From: Parcubacteria group bacterium LiPW_41
GTDB taxonomy: Bacteria; Patescibacteriota; Minisyncoccia; UBA6257; GWB1-50-10
Length of the DNA stretch: 64,000 bases
NCBI GenBank assembly: GCA_007375535.1
Contig: VMEM01000003.1
Span: forward strand, 100,531 to 164,530
Direction of reading: 5' to 3'
Position numbers and translations under genes: made by a program. The notes under the pieces were generated by a model that worked only from the letters and a program-made list of their open reading frames with translations, had not been told where the DNA came from and ran no database searches. Shown piece after piece: positions 45,640-58,892 of the stretch. Within the stretch, counting starts at the first letter, position 1. Each line of letters begins with the position of its first letter.

Positions 45640-48420
45640 ATGAGCAGACCGATAAAAAACAAGATTTGGACAACTCCAAACTTGCAGGAAAAAATCATTG
45701 ATTTAATTTCTCAAGGGTTTCTCAAAAAAGGTGTTGATGAACTTGTAAAAGAAGTGAATCATATTTTTTTTGAAGATAAAACAACATTTCGAAAGACGCA
45801 TTTTTTTCAAGGTGCTGATGATGTTGTTTGGACGAAAGATCGTCTTGCATTATTAAAAAAATTTGTCATGCTTGATGCTCAACTTGATCCGATATACAAA
45901 GAATTTAGTTTCCTTCCGAAAGAAATAATTGATAAGAAAGCTAAAAAGCTCCGCGGAAAAAGTGTGAAGAAGAAAAAACATCAAGACATTGGTGCGGGCA
46001 TGGGAAGACTTGTGACTGGGGAGGAGGTTATGAAACATTCAAATCCTCCAGCATTAACAACACACAGACTTGATAATCCATTTCCAATTCCAGTAAATAA
46101 TAATGAAAATTTTTGGCTTTTTGTAATTAATGCACCACATCTTGGGCTTGAATACAATCGCGTACTTGAAGAAAATTCATTACGAAATATGCTTCGCGAA
46201 GCAGAGCGTCGACATGTTGATGCGGTAGTTATTTCTGGATCGCTATTGTGGGTTGATGCTAAAAAAAGCACTGGATTTTTAACCACACATCGTTCATTAC
46301 TTTCTGGTCTTGATTTCGATCCTTCGGTGCTTCCAAAAGCATACCGAAAAAAAGCTGTTGAAATCAGAAAAACAAATCCACCTGATATGGTGTGTTTTGC
46401 AAAGTTAAGAGAAAGAGTGTTGAACGCCATGGGAGGTTGGAGTAAGGTTACCCATCAAAAAAGTGGACAACCAATCTACTCTGGGAAAATCTATTTTTCT
46501 TTTGGCTATCAAGAGGAAGAGATAATTAATTCTGCGGCACATGCTGAAATCTTATATATCACAACAAAAATGCGAAACGAGGTTATGCGCGAGCGACAGT
46601 TACTCGAAGCACTTCTTGTTTCAAAAATGGCTCGTGGTGAAAGCACTCGAGAAGAAAGGGATGAGCTTCGTGTGCAGATTGAAGAGCTTCTTGAGGAAGA
46701 AAAGCGCATGATTCAATCGAATGTTGATCCAAATGATCGAAAGCGTTTTGTTGATTCAATTCGTGCTGTACTTATTTCTTGGCTTAAAGAAGCAATTCCA
46801 AACTCGGAATTCTTAAGTCAGGGGTCAGTAGTTTGTCAGGTTGGGAAAAAGACAGTTGAGATTATTCAATCTCCAGAAAACAACCCAATATCGAGCAGTT
46901 TGGATGGATATATGAAGGTTGGTGGACAGCGATCTTTGGAAAATAAATTACCTGATATGGCACTTGTTGCTGCACCATGTAATATTGATGCTCGTTGGGG
47001 TGTTCTAAATAAAATGGATGGCGTTGATCGTGGAGAAACACACGCATGGCAACTTCCTGTTGCAATTGACCGTGATTATTTGCGTAAAGCTCGTCCTGAA
47101 ATGATTCGAAAAGCGTCTCCGATTGAGAAATTAATTAGAGATACAAATTTTGAACCTGGTGCATTTTGTTTGGGATATGTAAATGGTGTTTGGGTTTCAG
47201 AACCATTACCAATTTCCTATTTCAACGTTCATCGTTCAAAAACAATGATTTCGCGAACAATCAGTGAATATATTTATATAATTGCTGATGGTGACAATCA
47301 CGCGGGTATGAGATCAAAAGTGTGGATACCTGATGGTAATTCTGGATTTTCAATTCCAATTGAAGTAGCTCTTTCAGAAATACTCTTACGGTCATTCACC
47401 GCTAAAGGAAAACCGATTCCTGCTCATATGTATGTAAATCTTGCTGATGATATGCAGGGACATCATTTTGAAACCCAGCAGACGATTCATCATCTCGCAA
47501 AACCATACAGTAGAGCTGAAGCATTAGTTAGAAAATTATTTGCTGATGCAGAAAGATTGAGTAATCCTGAAGATATTAAAAAGATACTTCGCATGCTTGG
47601 TGGAGAATATTTACAACAACTTCGTTTCCGTGGTGAAGATTGGCTTACAAATCAATTTGAAGAGTTTGTTGAAACTTCATTACGTCCACGTGTTCCTTTG
47701 TTCGAAGAGATTCTTCGAAACAGTGAACGGGTCGGATTAAAGATTCGCGGTATTGAAGAAGTTCTCTCTGGAGTTCCAATAGTTGATTCGCGTGATATTG
47801 GTGCGGTTAATTTAATTAGTGGTGATCACGTTGGACATACTACCAATGAAGAAATTGCTGAGGGTGTGTTATATAGAAGAACACTAATAGGACTTCTTCT
47901 TGGAAGTAAAACTCTTGGAATGAGCGAAGATGCATTAAATAAATTAGTTTGTGCTCCGAATTGGGGAAATTTTTCGGTGGGATATGGATTAATCTCCGTT
48001 CCTGGTGGATATGAGTGGGGTGTTGCTCTTAGACACAAACCGACAGCAAGTTCTGGAAAGAATGGTGATCGAATGCAGGCGATAGTTGAAAATCTTGCCG
48101 AGCGTGGCGATTATAGCCGTATATTTTCTGGAAAAAATTTCTTGCAACTTTCGGGACACACTCATTTCTATAGTGCAGCATTTTCTCGAAAAAAATTCAT
48201 GGTATCTTGTGCTTCAAGTACGGAAGGCGATGCATTTGGTGATATGCTTGGTTTCCGAAAAAATAATGCTGGTAGTGTTATTGTTGGAATTCCGGTAAAA
48301 GGACCAGAATTTGGTCCGATCCGAATTATTCCGTTTACTTATGCATTCCTTCTTGAATATTTCAAAAATCCATGGGAAATCGATTGGGATTCTGTCTTTA
48401 AAGATCCAGTTGGTTTCTAA
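45640..48420 (+). CDS. large (926-aa) hypothetical protein with split or degenerate calcineurin-like (Mre11/SbcD-type) phosphoesterase motifs
   Basis: RBS AAGGAGG. Motif I-like FVINAPHLG (D to N), motif II-like HVDAVVISGSLLWVD, then about 450 aa including a charged coiled-coil. Then GDHVGHTTNE (GNHE-like) and LSGHTHF (GHxH). Followed by terminator CTCCCGACAttGTCGGGAG. Confidence 0.55.
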   Translation: MSRPIKNKIWTTPNLQEKIIDLISQGFLKKGVDELVKEVNHIFFEDKTTFRKTHFFQGADDVVWTKDRLALLKKFVMLDAQLDPIYKEFSFLPKEIIDKKAKKLRGKSVKKKKHQDIGAGMGRLVTGEEVMKHSNPPALTTHRLDNPFPIPVNNNENFWLFVINAPHLGLEYNRVLEENSLRNMLREAERRHVDAVVISGSLLWVDAKKSTGFLTTHRSLLSGLDFDPSVLPKAYRKKAVEIRKTNPPDMVCFAKLRERVLNAMGGWSKVTHQKSGQPIYSGKIYFSFGYQEEEIINSAAHAEILYITTKMRNEVMRERQLLEALLVSKMARGESTREERDELRVQIEELLEEEKRMIQSNVDPNDRKRFVDSIRAVLISWLKEAIPNSEFLSQGSVVCQVGKKTVEIIQSPENNPISSSLDGYMKVGGQRSLENKLPDMALVAAPCNIDARWGVLNKMDGVDRGETHAWQLPVAIDRDYLRKARPEMIRKASPIEKLIRDTNFEPGAFCLGYVNGVWVSEPLPISYFNVHRSKTMISRTISEYIYIIADGDNHAGMRSKVWIPDGNSGFSIPIEVALSEILLRSFTAKGKPIPAHMYVNLADDMQGHHFETQQTIHHLAKPYSRAEALVRKLFADAERLSNPEDIKKILRMLGGEYLQQLRFRGEDWLTNQFEEFVETSLRPRVPLFEEILRNSERVGLKIRGIEEVLSGVPIVDSRDIGAVNLISGDHVGHTTNEEIAEGVLYRRTLIGLLLGSKTLGMSEDALNKLVCAPNWGNFSVGYGLISVPGGYEWGVALRHKPTASSGKNGDRMQAIVENLAERGDYSRIFSGKNFLQLSGHTHFYSAAFSRKKFMVSCASSTEGDAFGDMLGFRKNNAGSVIVGIPVKGPEFGPIRIIPFTYAFLLEYFKNPWEIDWDSVFKDPVGF

Positions 48421-48520
48421 TAAAATATGCTCCCGACATTGTCGGGAGTTTTTATTGACAAAGACTGTCACTAAGATACTCTATGGGTAGAAACTTAACT
48501 TTCACAAACAGAGGTGAATT

Positions 48521-49645
48521 ATGAATGAAACAAAGCCTACCCGTTGGGATATGCGAATTCTTGTTATGCTTGCTGTGGTAGGGGCGATATCGCTTGTTTT
48601 TACAAACAATGTGATAGCTACTGTTGTTCTTATGATTTCCGCATATGTTTCTAATGCGAGTTATTCAATGGTAAGCCGTTCCGCAGTACGAGACAGCAAA
48701 CTATATCATGGGTTTACTACACTATTTAGTAATTTTATTTTCTATTTAGTGCTCAAACAATTGGTGACAGAAAATATGACGTTGTCACTTTTCATTCCGT
48801 ATACGGTTGCTACTGTATATGGAAGTTATACCGGCGCAAAAACGTCACAACGTATTGAAGCATTTTTTGGAATAACTGCAGATTCTGCTAACAAGCAACC
48901 GACTCCGCAGTCAATGCTTGCTCAAAAGATCTTGTTAGTTTTCTTGTGTCTATTGGGGCTTGTCGTTGGAATTGTTTCACAAGATATTATCGCTTCATTA
49001 ATTGTTGCCGGACTTGCGTTTGGAGATAATATTACATTTTCGATATTACGTCGCTCAAGAAATACTTCGAATACTACATATCATATTTTTGCATCGTTAT
49101 TAAAAAGCCTTGCGTGGTATATTTTGTTCCAGTCGCTCACCATTAAAGGAATGCCTTTTATGTTGTTTATTCCGTACTGTTTTGGTTCGGTATTAGGAGG
49201 TATATCTGGACAAAGTATTTCTGGGTGGGTTGAGAAAAAAATTGGTGCAACCGCAGATGGTCATTTAAAATCCAATCTTGCGTGGTATGAATTTATTCCG
49301 TGGAAATCTGTTTTGGCTCTTTTGCTAATAACTGTTTTTGCGGTGTTATATCTTGGAAATGTTGAAATTCTTTTTGCACTTGCAGGTCTTTCAGCGCTTC
49401 AGCAGATTTCATTTTCTGTAGTAAGTCGTTCGAGACAGCGTAATAATATGACCTATCATGTTATTGCTTCGATTTTTTCTAATGGTGTGTGGTTCCTAAC
49501 ATTCAGGCAGCTACAAATAAAACATTGGACTGACGAATTATTCGTTCCATATGCATTAGGTGGTACCATCGGATCGGTTACTGGTGTTGGTCTTTCGATG
49601 GGAATTGAAAAAGCAATTGGAGCAAGTTCTGAATCGAAGAAGTAA
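48521..49645 (+). CDS. polytopic membrane protein built from three internal repeats
   Basis: Three roughly 120-aa modules share (F)S(M/I/V)VSRSxxR(D/N)...TYH(G/I/V)xxSLxxxxxWxxxFxxL...LF(I/V)PYxxGxxxGSxxG...(I/V)EKxIGA. Confidence 0.55.
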   Translation: MNETKPTRWDMRILVMLAVVGAISLVFTNNVIATVVLMISAYVSNASYSMVSRSAVRDSKLYHGFTTLFSNFIFYLVLKQLVTENMTLSLFIPYTVATVYGSYTGAKTSQRIEAFFGITADSANKQPTPQSMLAQKILLVFLCLLGLVVGIVSQDIIASLIVAGLAFGDNITFSILRRSRNTSNTTYHIFASLLKSLAWYILFQSLTIKGMPFMLFIPYCFGSVLGGISGQSISGWVEKKIGATADGHLKSNLAWYEFIPWKSVLALLLITVFAVLYLGNVEILFALAGLSALQQISFSVVSRSRQRNNMTYHVIASIFSNGVWFLTFRQLQIKHWTDELFVPYALGGTIGSVTGVGLSMGIEKAIGASSESKK

Positions 49646-49733
49646 TTATAGCCCCGCAATTGCGGGGCCTTTTTATCCCGCATCTTTTTATAAAAGGATG
49701 CGGGATTTTTTTTGCTGGTGTATTATTTAAATA

Positions 49734-50372
49734 ATGACCGAGAAAGGAATGATTCAGGAGCTTACGAAAGACGGATATATTTCTTCAAAAGAAATTATTC
49801 GTGCGATGGGGGAGATTCATCGAGAACATTTTGTTTCTGAAGAAGAAAAAATACATGCATATGAAAATCTTCCACTTTCAACAGGGGTTGGTGGATTATT
49901 TGTTTCACAACCATCGACGGCGGGATTTTTACTTGAGCAATTAAAACCAAAACAGGGAGAAAAAATTCTTGTGATTGGTGCGGGGTCGGGATGGATTGCA
50001 GGAATCATCAGTGCAATTATTTCAAAGGAAAAAGAAGGAGCGCAGAAAGGAAAAGTAATTGCAATTGAACCAGATGAAGAAAATTCACACAACGCAACAA
50101 AAAATCTTGAACGATATTCATATATTTCAAATGGAGTTGTTGAAGTAATTCACGACGAATGGAATTCAGAAAAAATAACTCAAGCTCCATATGATGCGAT
50201 TATTGCATTGCGTGGAATAAAAAAAATACCTCAGTTTTGGTATGACGCGGTGCGTGTTGGGGGACGCATTATTGTTCCTATTGGCGAGTCCATTTTTGTA
50301 AAAGAAAAAACGAGCGGAACTGAGTTTAAAACTCGCGAGTATTTCGGGTTTAACTTCCCTCAATTTTCCTAG
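49734..50372 (+). CDS. pcm: protein-L-isoaspartate O-methyltransferase
   Basis: SAM motif ILVIGAGSGWIAG and PCMT-like pre- and post-motifs; 212 aa. Confidence 0.6.
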   Translation: MTEKGMIQELTKDGYISSKEIIRAMGEIHREHFVSEEEKIHAYENLPLSTGVGGLFVSQPSTAGFLLEQLKPKQGEKILVIGAGSGWIAGIISAIISKEKEGAQKGKVIAIEPDEENSHNATKNLERYSYISNGVVEVIHDEWNSEKITQAPYDAIIALRGIKKIPQFWYDAVRVGGRIIVPIGESIFVKEKTSGTEFKTREYFGFNFPQFS

Positions 50373-50440
50373 ATTTCTTCAGGGTTTTTAAGGTATTAGG
50401 GTAGGGTGGTGTTACTGCCGCTTTTTGGCGGTCTAGGCTA

Positions 50441-50468
50441 TTGACTTCTTTTTATTTTATGCTAAAAT
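50441..50468 (+). promoter_or_regulatory. strong promoter CTATTGACT-N16-TGcTAAAAT preceded by G-rich box GGGTAGGGTGGTGTTACTGCCGC
   Basis: The same module (G-box plus CTAGGCTATTGACTTC) recurs at 51490-51562. Confidence 0.5.
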
Positions 50469-50476
50469 ATTGTCAG

Positions 50477-50818
50477 AACATATGGTAAGGAAATTGGTAG
50501 CAATTTGAGCTCCATTAATGATGGATCAAATGATTTCCGAGCGGCAATAGAGTGAGTAGGATGCTAAGATATATTCCTAGTTGGAAGGTCCCTAATACAA
50601 AAAAACCTTAAATCAGTAAGGGGTTTTATGGGGATTAAGTGATAGCATCTGGAGTCCAAGAGCTTCCGCACTCCCGCATCTAAATGCGGTCATAAAAATA
50701 AACGCCACAGTATGTGGGTTTGATAATTATTTTTGTGACGCAAACAACATTAGATCCGGTGTTGTTAAGGTGTGTGCTCATCTGAATTTTTTACTCCGAC
50801 AATGTCGGAGTTTTTATT
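50477..50818 (+). ncRNA. unassigned roughly 330-nt transcript (promoter-to-terminator unit, no ORF)
   Basis: Bounded by the 50441 promoter and terminator ACTCCGACaatGTCGGAGT plus T5 (50794-50818). Multiple hairpins. No Rfam-like signature recognised by eye. Confidence 0.3.
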
Positions 50819-50840
50819 GGGAATCTTTTTAACGCATCTA

Positions 50841-50868
50841 TTGACTTTTGTAAATAAACATGTATAAT
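50841..50868 (+). promoter_or_regulatory. promoter TTGACT-N16-TGTATAAT for the 50903 ORF
   Basis: Same CTATTGACTT -35 context as the two rRNA-region promoters. Confidence 0.5.
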
Positions 50869-50902
50869 ATATACATATTTAAAAAATAAAGGAGATTTCT
50901 TA

Positions 50903-51253
50903 GTGCAAGAACTACCCTATGGGTTTCTTGCTGAATCGGATGTTTTGCAGATTCTTAACTCCATAAAATATATTTCTATCTTTGAAAAAGAAAAGATAGA
51001 AATATTTGAGGGAATTCAAGAAGAGCTGCAAAACGAAATTATGGTGGTAAATCTAACTGGAAGGAAAATAAAAACTTTTTCTCCAAAATTTGTTGAAACC
51101 CTAAAGCTTGAACTTAATCTCCACGTTTGTGACGAAAGATATTTTAATTATTTTAAGTCGAACTGTGGAAGAGATCTTGTTAACCTTGAGGATTCATATT
51201 GTGGAAGAAAAGTTTCGGGAAAACCCAGCTTAGATTACTACGATAACCGATAG
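50903..51253 (+). CDS. hypothetical 116-aa protein (GTG start)
   Basis: RBS AAAGGAG 7 nt before the GTG. Embedded between duplicated promoter/terminator modules; 3' UTR copies the 3' end of the 50477 RNA. Confidence 0.45.
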   Translation: MQELPYGFLAESDVLQILNSIKYISIFEKEKIEIFEGIQEELQNEIMVVNLTGRKIKTFSPKFVETLKLELNLHVCDERYFNYFKSNCGRDLVNLEDSYCGRKVSGKPSLDYYDNR

Positions 51254-51534
51254 CACAGATCCCATGGAAAAATCCAAATAAAGCATAACGTAAGCGATGC
51301 CTCTGGTTAAGATGGTTGCTCATCTTGAAACTGAAATAAAAGCACGGGGAATGGCACTATCTCGATATGCTGAAAGTTTGCTCCAACAATGTTGGAGCAT
51401 TTTTATTTATATATTTTCTGTTATAGGGTGAGCATTTGAAGAAGGTCTACCTCGGAGAATAGCTCATTCCTATTGGGTTTTTTGGGTATTGGGGTGGGGT
51501 GGTGTTACTGCCGCTTTTGGGTGATCTAGGCTAT

Positions 51535-51562
51535 TGACTTCTTTTTGGGCGTCGTGTATTAT
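51535..51562 (+). promoter_or_regulatory. promoter CTATTGACT-N16-TGTATTAT with upstream G-box (second copy)
   Basis: GGGGTGGGGTGGTGTTACTGCCGCTTTTGGGTGATCTAGGCTATTGACTTC duplicates 50400-50446. Confidence 0.5.
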
Positions 51563-51569
51563 TGCAAGT

Positions 51570-51652
51570 ACGAATGATAGTCCAAAGAATAGCTTTCGGC
51601 GGATAACAAACGCACCACTGGTGTGTGAGAAATTCCGCTGAGTCAGCGGTTT
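51570..51652 (+). ncRNA. unassigned roughly 80-nt small RNA candidate
   Basis: Promoter-to-terminator unit (CCGCTGAgtCAGCGG plus T6 at 51628-51652) with no ORF, directly upstream of 23S. Confidence 0.3.
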
Positions 51653-51869
51653 TTTATTGGGTGTCATATCGTGTACGTTTCAAAGTTAATAAGTATATCA
51701 AGCATTAATTATAAAAGTGGTTTTATAATTTAAAGTTTAAAGAAATCGCATTTTTTATTGGGGTTTGAAAAAAACCTCACGATTTTTTATGTATTAAAAA
51801 ATCAACGAATCAGTAAGCGATTATAAGTAGAAAATTTAATGCATTCGTTTATGAATAAACGAAATGAAC

Positions 51870-54935
<3,066 letters not shown>

Positions 54936-55007
54936 TCGTTTGCTGATGAACGAATGTGGTTTCTATTTGATATACTTAACTTTGCGATGAAAATCGCTCT
55001 AAATGTT

Positions 55008-55118
55008 TCCTGGTGATTTAGTGTAGTGTGGCCCACCTCTTTCCATTCCGAACAGAGCAGTGAAAGCGCTATACACCGATGATACTCCTTTGGGGGAAAG
55101 TAGGATTTGCCGGGAATC
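55008..55118 (+). rRNA. rrf: 5S ribosomal RNA
   Basis: TCCTGGTGA...CCCACCTCTTTCCATTCCGAACAGAGCAGTGAAAGCGC...CCGATGATA...GTAGGATTTGCCGGGAAT follows 5S helix I-V consensus blocks. Confidence 0.85.
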
Positions 55119-55139
55119 ACTTGGAGCGATTTTTAAATT

Positions 55140-55168
55140 TTAAAAGAGCCGTCTAACGGCTTTTTTAT
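55140..55168 (+). terminator. rRNA operon terminator AAGAGCCGTctaACGGCTTTT
   Basis: Hairpin plus TTTTTTATTT 25 nt after 5S. Confidence 0.55.
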
Positions 55169-55247
55169 TTACAATAATTTCTATTTACTTTTCTTATTTT
55201 TAGTGGTATAAATAAAAAGTAAATTAAAAACTTTTGGGAGGTCCGTT

Positions 55248-55541
55248 ATGTCAGAAGAAAAGAAAAGTTTAGAAGAAGTTGTTGCCAAAATTCAGGCGCA
55301 GAACAAGGTACAAATTGAAGAAGAAAAAAATCATCCGGAAGAAGAAGTTCTCGACAACGAAGACGAGCGTTTTCTTCCTGATGACGAAATTATTGATCCA
55401 GTTTATGCGCAGCCAGAATTAATTATGGTCGCTGATGAAATTCTCCATAGAGATTGTTGTATTAACTGTGAAGAATGGGATCCTGTTCTTTGTCGTGCCG
55501 GCGATTGTCCAGCAGAAATTTTTACCAACAACCCAGATTAA
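55248..55541 (+). CDS. hypothetical acidic protein with C-terminal Cys cluster (CxxCx7Cx4CP)
   Basis: 97 aa, highly acidic; RBS GGGAGG; terminator CCCCGATATGGGG follows. Confidence 0.45.
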   Translation: MSEEKKSLEEVVAKIQAQNKVQIEEEKNHPEEEVLDNEDERFLPDDEIIDPVYAQPELIMVADEILHRDCCINCEEWDPVLCRAGDCPAEIFTNNPD

Positions 55542-55595
55542 TTTAAAACCCCGATATGGGGTTTTTATTTTTCATATTAATTCTAAACAAAAAGA

Positions 55596-56831
55596 TTATA
55601 CGTAAAGAATTTTCATCCGTCTCCACTGTCTCCATGCTTTAAACGGATTCATAATTCGCAAAAAATATCGCAAATCAACCAATCGTCGAATCGTCACCCC
55701 CATCCGTGCAGGAACAAACATCCCGCTTGTTATCACCCCCGTGTGTCGCCCCAACAAAAATATTGAATCATTTTTTGCTTTAAATTTCGGTGCAACAAAA
55801 TCATTTGGTAATCGCTCCGCAAAATCAATATTCGCAAGTATATGTTCTCCCACATTTTTCCCCCCAGTCATCGCATTCGGCGCAACCCATGCTACATCAT
55901 TTGTAATAAACGAAACATCACCCGCAACATACACCGGCCTCCCCAACGTCTCCGTCCCTGGAATTTTTGGAATTCCACTTTCATTAATCGCAATCGCCCC
56001 CGCCCGCTCTTTCGAAAATGGAAGTGTTTGCCCCGTTGCCCCCACCGCTCGCCCCGCACCCCAAAAAATCATATCAAATTCCATCTTTCCTTGATTTTCA
56101 AATTCAATATATTGCTCAGACACCCCGCTTATTTTTGCATTACAAATAACTGAAACTCCTGTTTCCTCTAACAATTTTGTAACTCGCTTCTGCACTCCTT
56201 TTGCACACGCTCTCAAAATAGTGTCATTCGTATCAAGTACTGAAACAAAAAGTTCACACCGTCCCTTCACTGCTTGCACAATCGAATATCGTCGACTTCG
56301 TAATAACCCCGCAAACTCAACTCCCGCCGGCCCTCCGCCAATCACTCGAATCTGTGCTTCGTCCGCATCGTGATTTTCCACCTGCCTCACCAACTCATTT
56401 CGAATTGCGAGTGCATGCTCAATCGTCGCGAGAGGAAACGAGTGCGCCTTCATTCCTTGAATATTAAAAAATGTTGGCTCTTGTCCCACTGCAATAATTA
56501 AATAATCGTATTCATAATGTTTTTTCTTTCCAACAATCGAATTCCATGCAACGTTGAATTGCACAATTTCGTCAGTAACAATTTCAACAGGAATTGAAAA
56601 GTGAATATCAGAAAAGGGGATACACACCGCCGCTCGCACCATCTCGTCCGTCGCCGACTTCGGTGTAGTTGATGCAGGAATAAGTGCAGGAGTAAATGTG
56701 TGATAATTGTTTTTATCAATAATCGTAATCGTGTGTTTTTCTTTTAGTCCGCGTAACTGAATTCCGCGCGCAATCACACGCGCCGCCTCAATTCCCGCAA
56801 ACCCTCCTCCCGCAATCACAATTCGTGCCAT
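55596..56831 (-). CDS. ndh: FAD-dependent pyridine-nucleotide-disulfide oxidoreductase, NDH-2 (type II NADH dehydrogenase)-like
   Basis: Dinucleotide fold IVIAGGGFAG at the N-terminus and a second GGGPAGVE motif. Confidence 0.6.
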   Translation of the reverse strand: MARIVIAGGGFAGIEAARVIARGIQLRGLKEKHTITIIDKNNYHTFTPALIPASTTPKSATDEMVRAAVCIPFSDIHFSIPVEIVTDEIVQFNVAWNSIVGKKKHYEYDYLIIAVGQEPTFFNIQGMKAHSFPLATIEHALAIRNELVRQVENHDADEAQIRVIGGGPAGVEFAGLLRSRRYSIVQAVKGRCELFVSVLDTNDTILRACAKGVQKRVTKLLEETGVSVICNAKISGVSEQYIEFENQGKMEFDMIFWGAGRAVGATGQTLPFSKERAGAIAINESGIPKIPGTETLGRPVYVAGDVSFITNDVAWVAPNAMTGGKNVGEHILANIDFAERLPNDFVAPKFKAKNDSIFLLGRHTGVITSGMFVPARMGVTIRRLVDLRYFLRIMNPFKAWRQWRRMKILYV

Positions 56832-56990
56832 GTACATAGTATATCGAGAATAGTGGCTCAGGTATAGTGGAAAAGTTTCACTAACAGCCTAAAAAGTCAT
56901 TAGTAGAGCGAAAAATACGATATTTACAATAATAAATAAAGATGGTATAATATATCCACGTATATTTAACAATAAAATAATGGAGCGTCT

Positions 56991-58790
56991 ATGGATTCGG
57001 AAAAAAGAGGAGTTCGTGTCAAAGATCTTCTCAGTAATTCCGCTTTTATTGTTGGTTCCGTGTGGAACGAGCAAAAAAAGTTAATGTGTGTGGTAGCAAT
57101 TCTTGTTGTTTTTTCTAGTATTGCTTCGCCGCTCACCTCGGGAATTTTGGGATTGATTGTGAATGCACTTTCAGCACCAGTAAAAAATGTTTCAGAAATA
57201 TTTTTATTGGTGATAACACTTGTTGTGGTATTGAGTTTCATATATACCGTGCAAATGATACGCGGCGATAGAATGCAAATTTTACGCCAGTATGTAAAAA
57301 AGAAATTTGAAATGTTGGTAGCCACAAAGAAAAGTGAACTTGATGTTTCCACACATGAGTCTCCAGATCTAAATGATCTGTTACAGAAAGTAAGTGATGC
57401 AGGAATATCTCGCACACAAGATTTTTTTCAGAGAAATTATGATATCTTGTGGGACTTTGTTGGTGTGTGTGCAGCAATGGCAATCGTTGCCTCGTTTAAT
57501 GCGTGGATACTTTTGCTGATCGTTGCATTTACACTTCCATCACTGTGGATCGAGATGTACGCGGGCAATAGGATTTGGAAGATGTATTCAAACCGCATTC
57601 CAAAGTGGCGAAAATATTCAGAGGTTCGTCGGCATTTCAACTATATTGGCGGATTGATGGAAACAATTGTTTTTCAAACATCGCGCCATCTTCTTGGTTT
57701 ACTCGATAAATCACTTGATGATTTTTTCACTGAAGAATCACAAGAGTATCGTCTTCGCACTAAGCTTCGCATTCGCGCAATGATTTTTTCATATCTTGCA
57801 CTCGGACTCTCTCTCGCGTTTTTTGTGAACGAGGTAATTCTTGGTCACATACGCATAGGAAGTTTGGTCTTCATCTACTCTGCGTTGCAGGGGTTCAAGT
57901 CTTCTCTCACCGATCTCTTTATGAGTTTCGGTCGCCAATACGAAGATAGTTTGTTCGTTTCCGATATGAGAAAGTTTTTCGCATTGGAACCAAAGATACA
58001 AAAAACAAACAATGGTATTGTCTTGGCGGAAGATGAAATAATTGGTATCGAATTTCGAAATGTATCATTCCGATATGCCGATCATTTGCCACTTGTTCTC
58101 TCGAATGTTTCGTTTTCTGTTGGTCCAGGTGAAATTGCCGCGTTCGTTGGGAAGAGTGGGTCGGGGAAGTCCACCATCATCAAATTAATGTTGCGTATGT
58201 ATAACCCCACATCAGGAGAAATCTTGGTAAACGGACATGACATTCGCGATATCAATATTGATTCGTTCTACAAAGCGTGTGGGTTTCTCTCTCAAGATTA
58301 TCCGCGATATCGGTTTGTAGCTCAAGATAATGTTGCGATGGGAAATGTTGCAATTCCGATAACCGACGAAAATCTTGAACGTGCCGCAAAATTGAGTGGT
58401 GCCGATCAGTTCATCAATCAATGGCCCGAACGATTCAAAAAAATTCTTGGAAAAGAATTTGTTGGTGGTGTTGATCTTTCAGGTGGCGAGTGGCAACGTG
58501 TTGCATTGGCGAGAGTTCATTACCGCAATCCGAGGTTCATCGTTCTCGACGAACCGACCTCATCGGTAGATGTTGAAACCGAGGCAGAGATTTTTGAAAA
58601 TCTTATGAAGCAAAATCATAGCACTAAGATTCTTGTATCTCATCGGTTTGGAACAATAAAAAATTCTGACCGAATTTTCGTCGTAAAAGATGGAAAAATT
58701 TCTGAGTCAGGAAATCATGACGAGTTGATGCAGCAAGAGGGAATATATGCCCACTTGTATACACTGCAAGCAACTCCATTCAATTCATAA
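56991..58790 (+). CDS. ABC exporter, fused permease plus ATPase (MsbA/MdlB-like)
   Basis: 6-TM N-terminus; Walker A GKSGSGKST, signature LSGGEWQRVALAR, Walker B IVLDEPTS. Confidence 0.8.
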   Translation: MDSEKRGVRVKDLLSNSAFIVGSVWNEQKKLMCVVAILVVFSSIASPLTSGILGLIVNALSAPVKNVSEIFLLVITLVVVLSFIYTVQMIRGDRMQILRQYVKKKFEMLVATKKSELDVSTHESPDLNDLLQKVSDAGISRTQDFFQRNYDILWDFVGVCAAMAIVASFNAWILLLIVAFTLPSLWIEMYAGNRIWKMYSNRIPKWRKYSEVRRHFNYIGGLMETIVFQTSRHLLGLLDKSLDDFFTEESQEYRLRTKLRIRAMIFSYLALGLSLAFFVNEVILGHIRIGSLVFIYSALQGFKSSLTDLFMSFGRQYEDSLFVSDMRKFFALEPKIQKTNNGIVLAEDEIIGIEFRNVSFRYADHLPLVLSNVSFSVGPGEIAAFVGKSGSGKSTIIKLMLRMYNPTSGEILVNGHDIRDINIDSFYKACGFLSQDYPRYRFVAQDNVAMGNVAIPITDENLERAAKLSGADQFINQWPERFKKILGKEFVGGVDLSGGEWQRVALARVHYRNPRFIVLDEPTSSVDVETEAEIFENLMKQNHSTKILVSHRFGTIKNSDRIFVVKDGKISESGNHDELMQQEGIYAHLYTLQATPFNS

Positions 58791-58892
58791 TTATATCCCG
58801 CGAAAGCGGGATTTTTTATACAAGTATTTACAAATCATAAAAAATGTGCTATTATATTTTCACTCATTAATAAAAAAATAGTCGGAGGTTTT

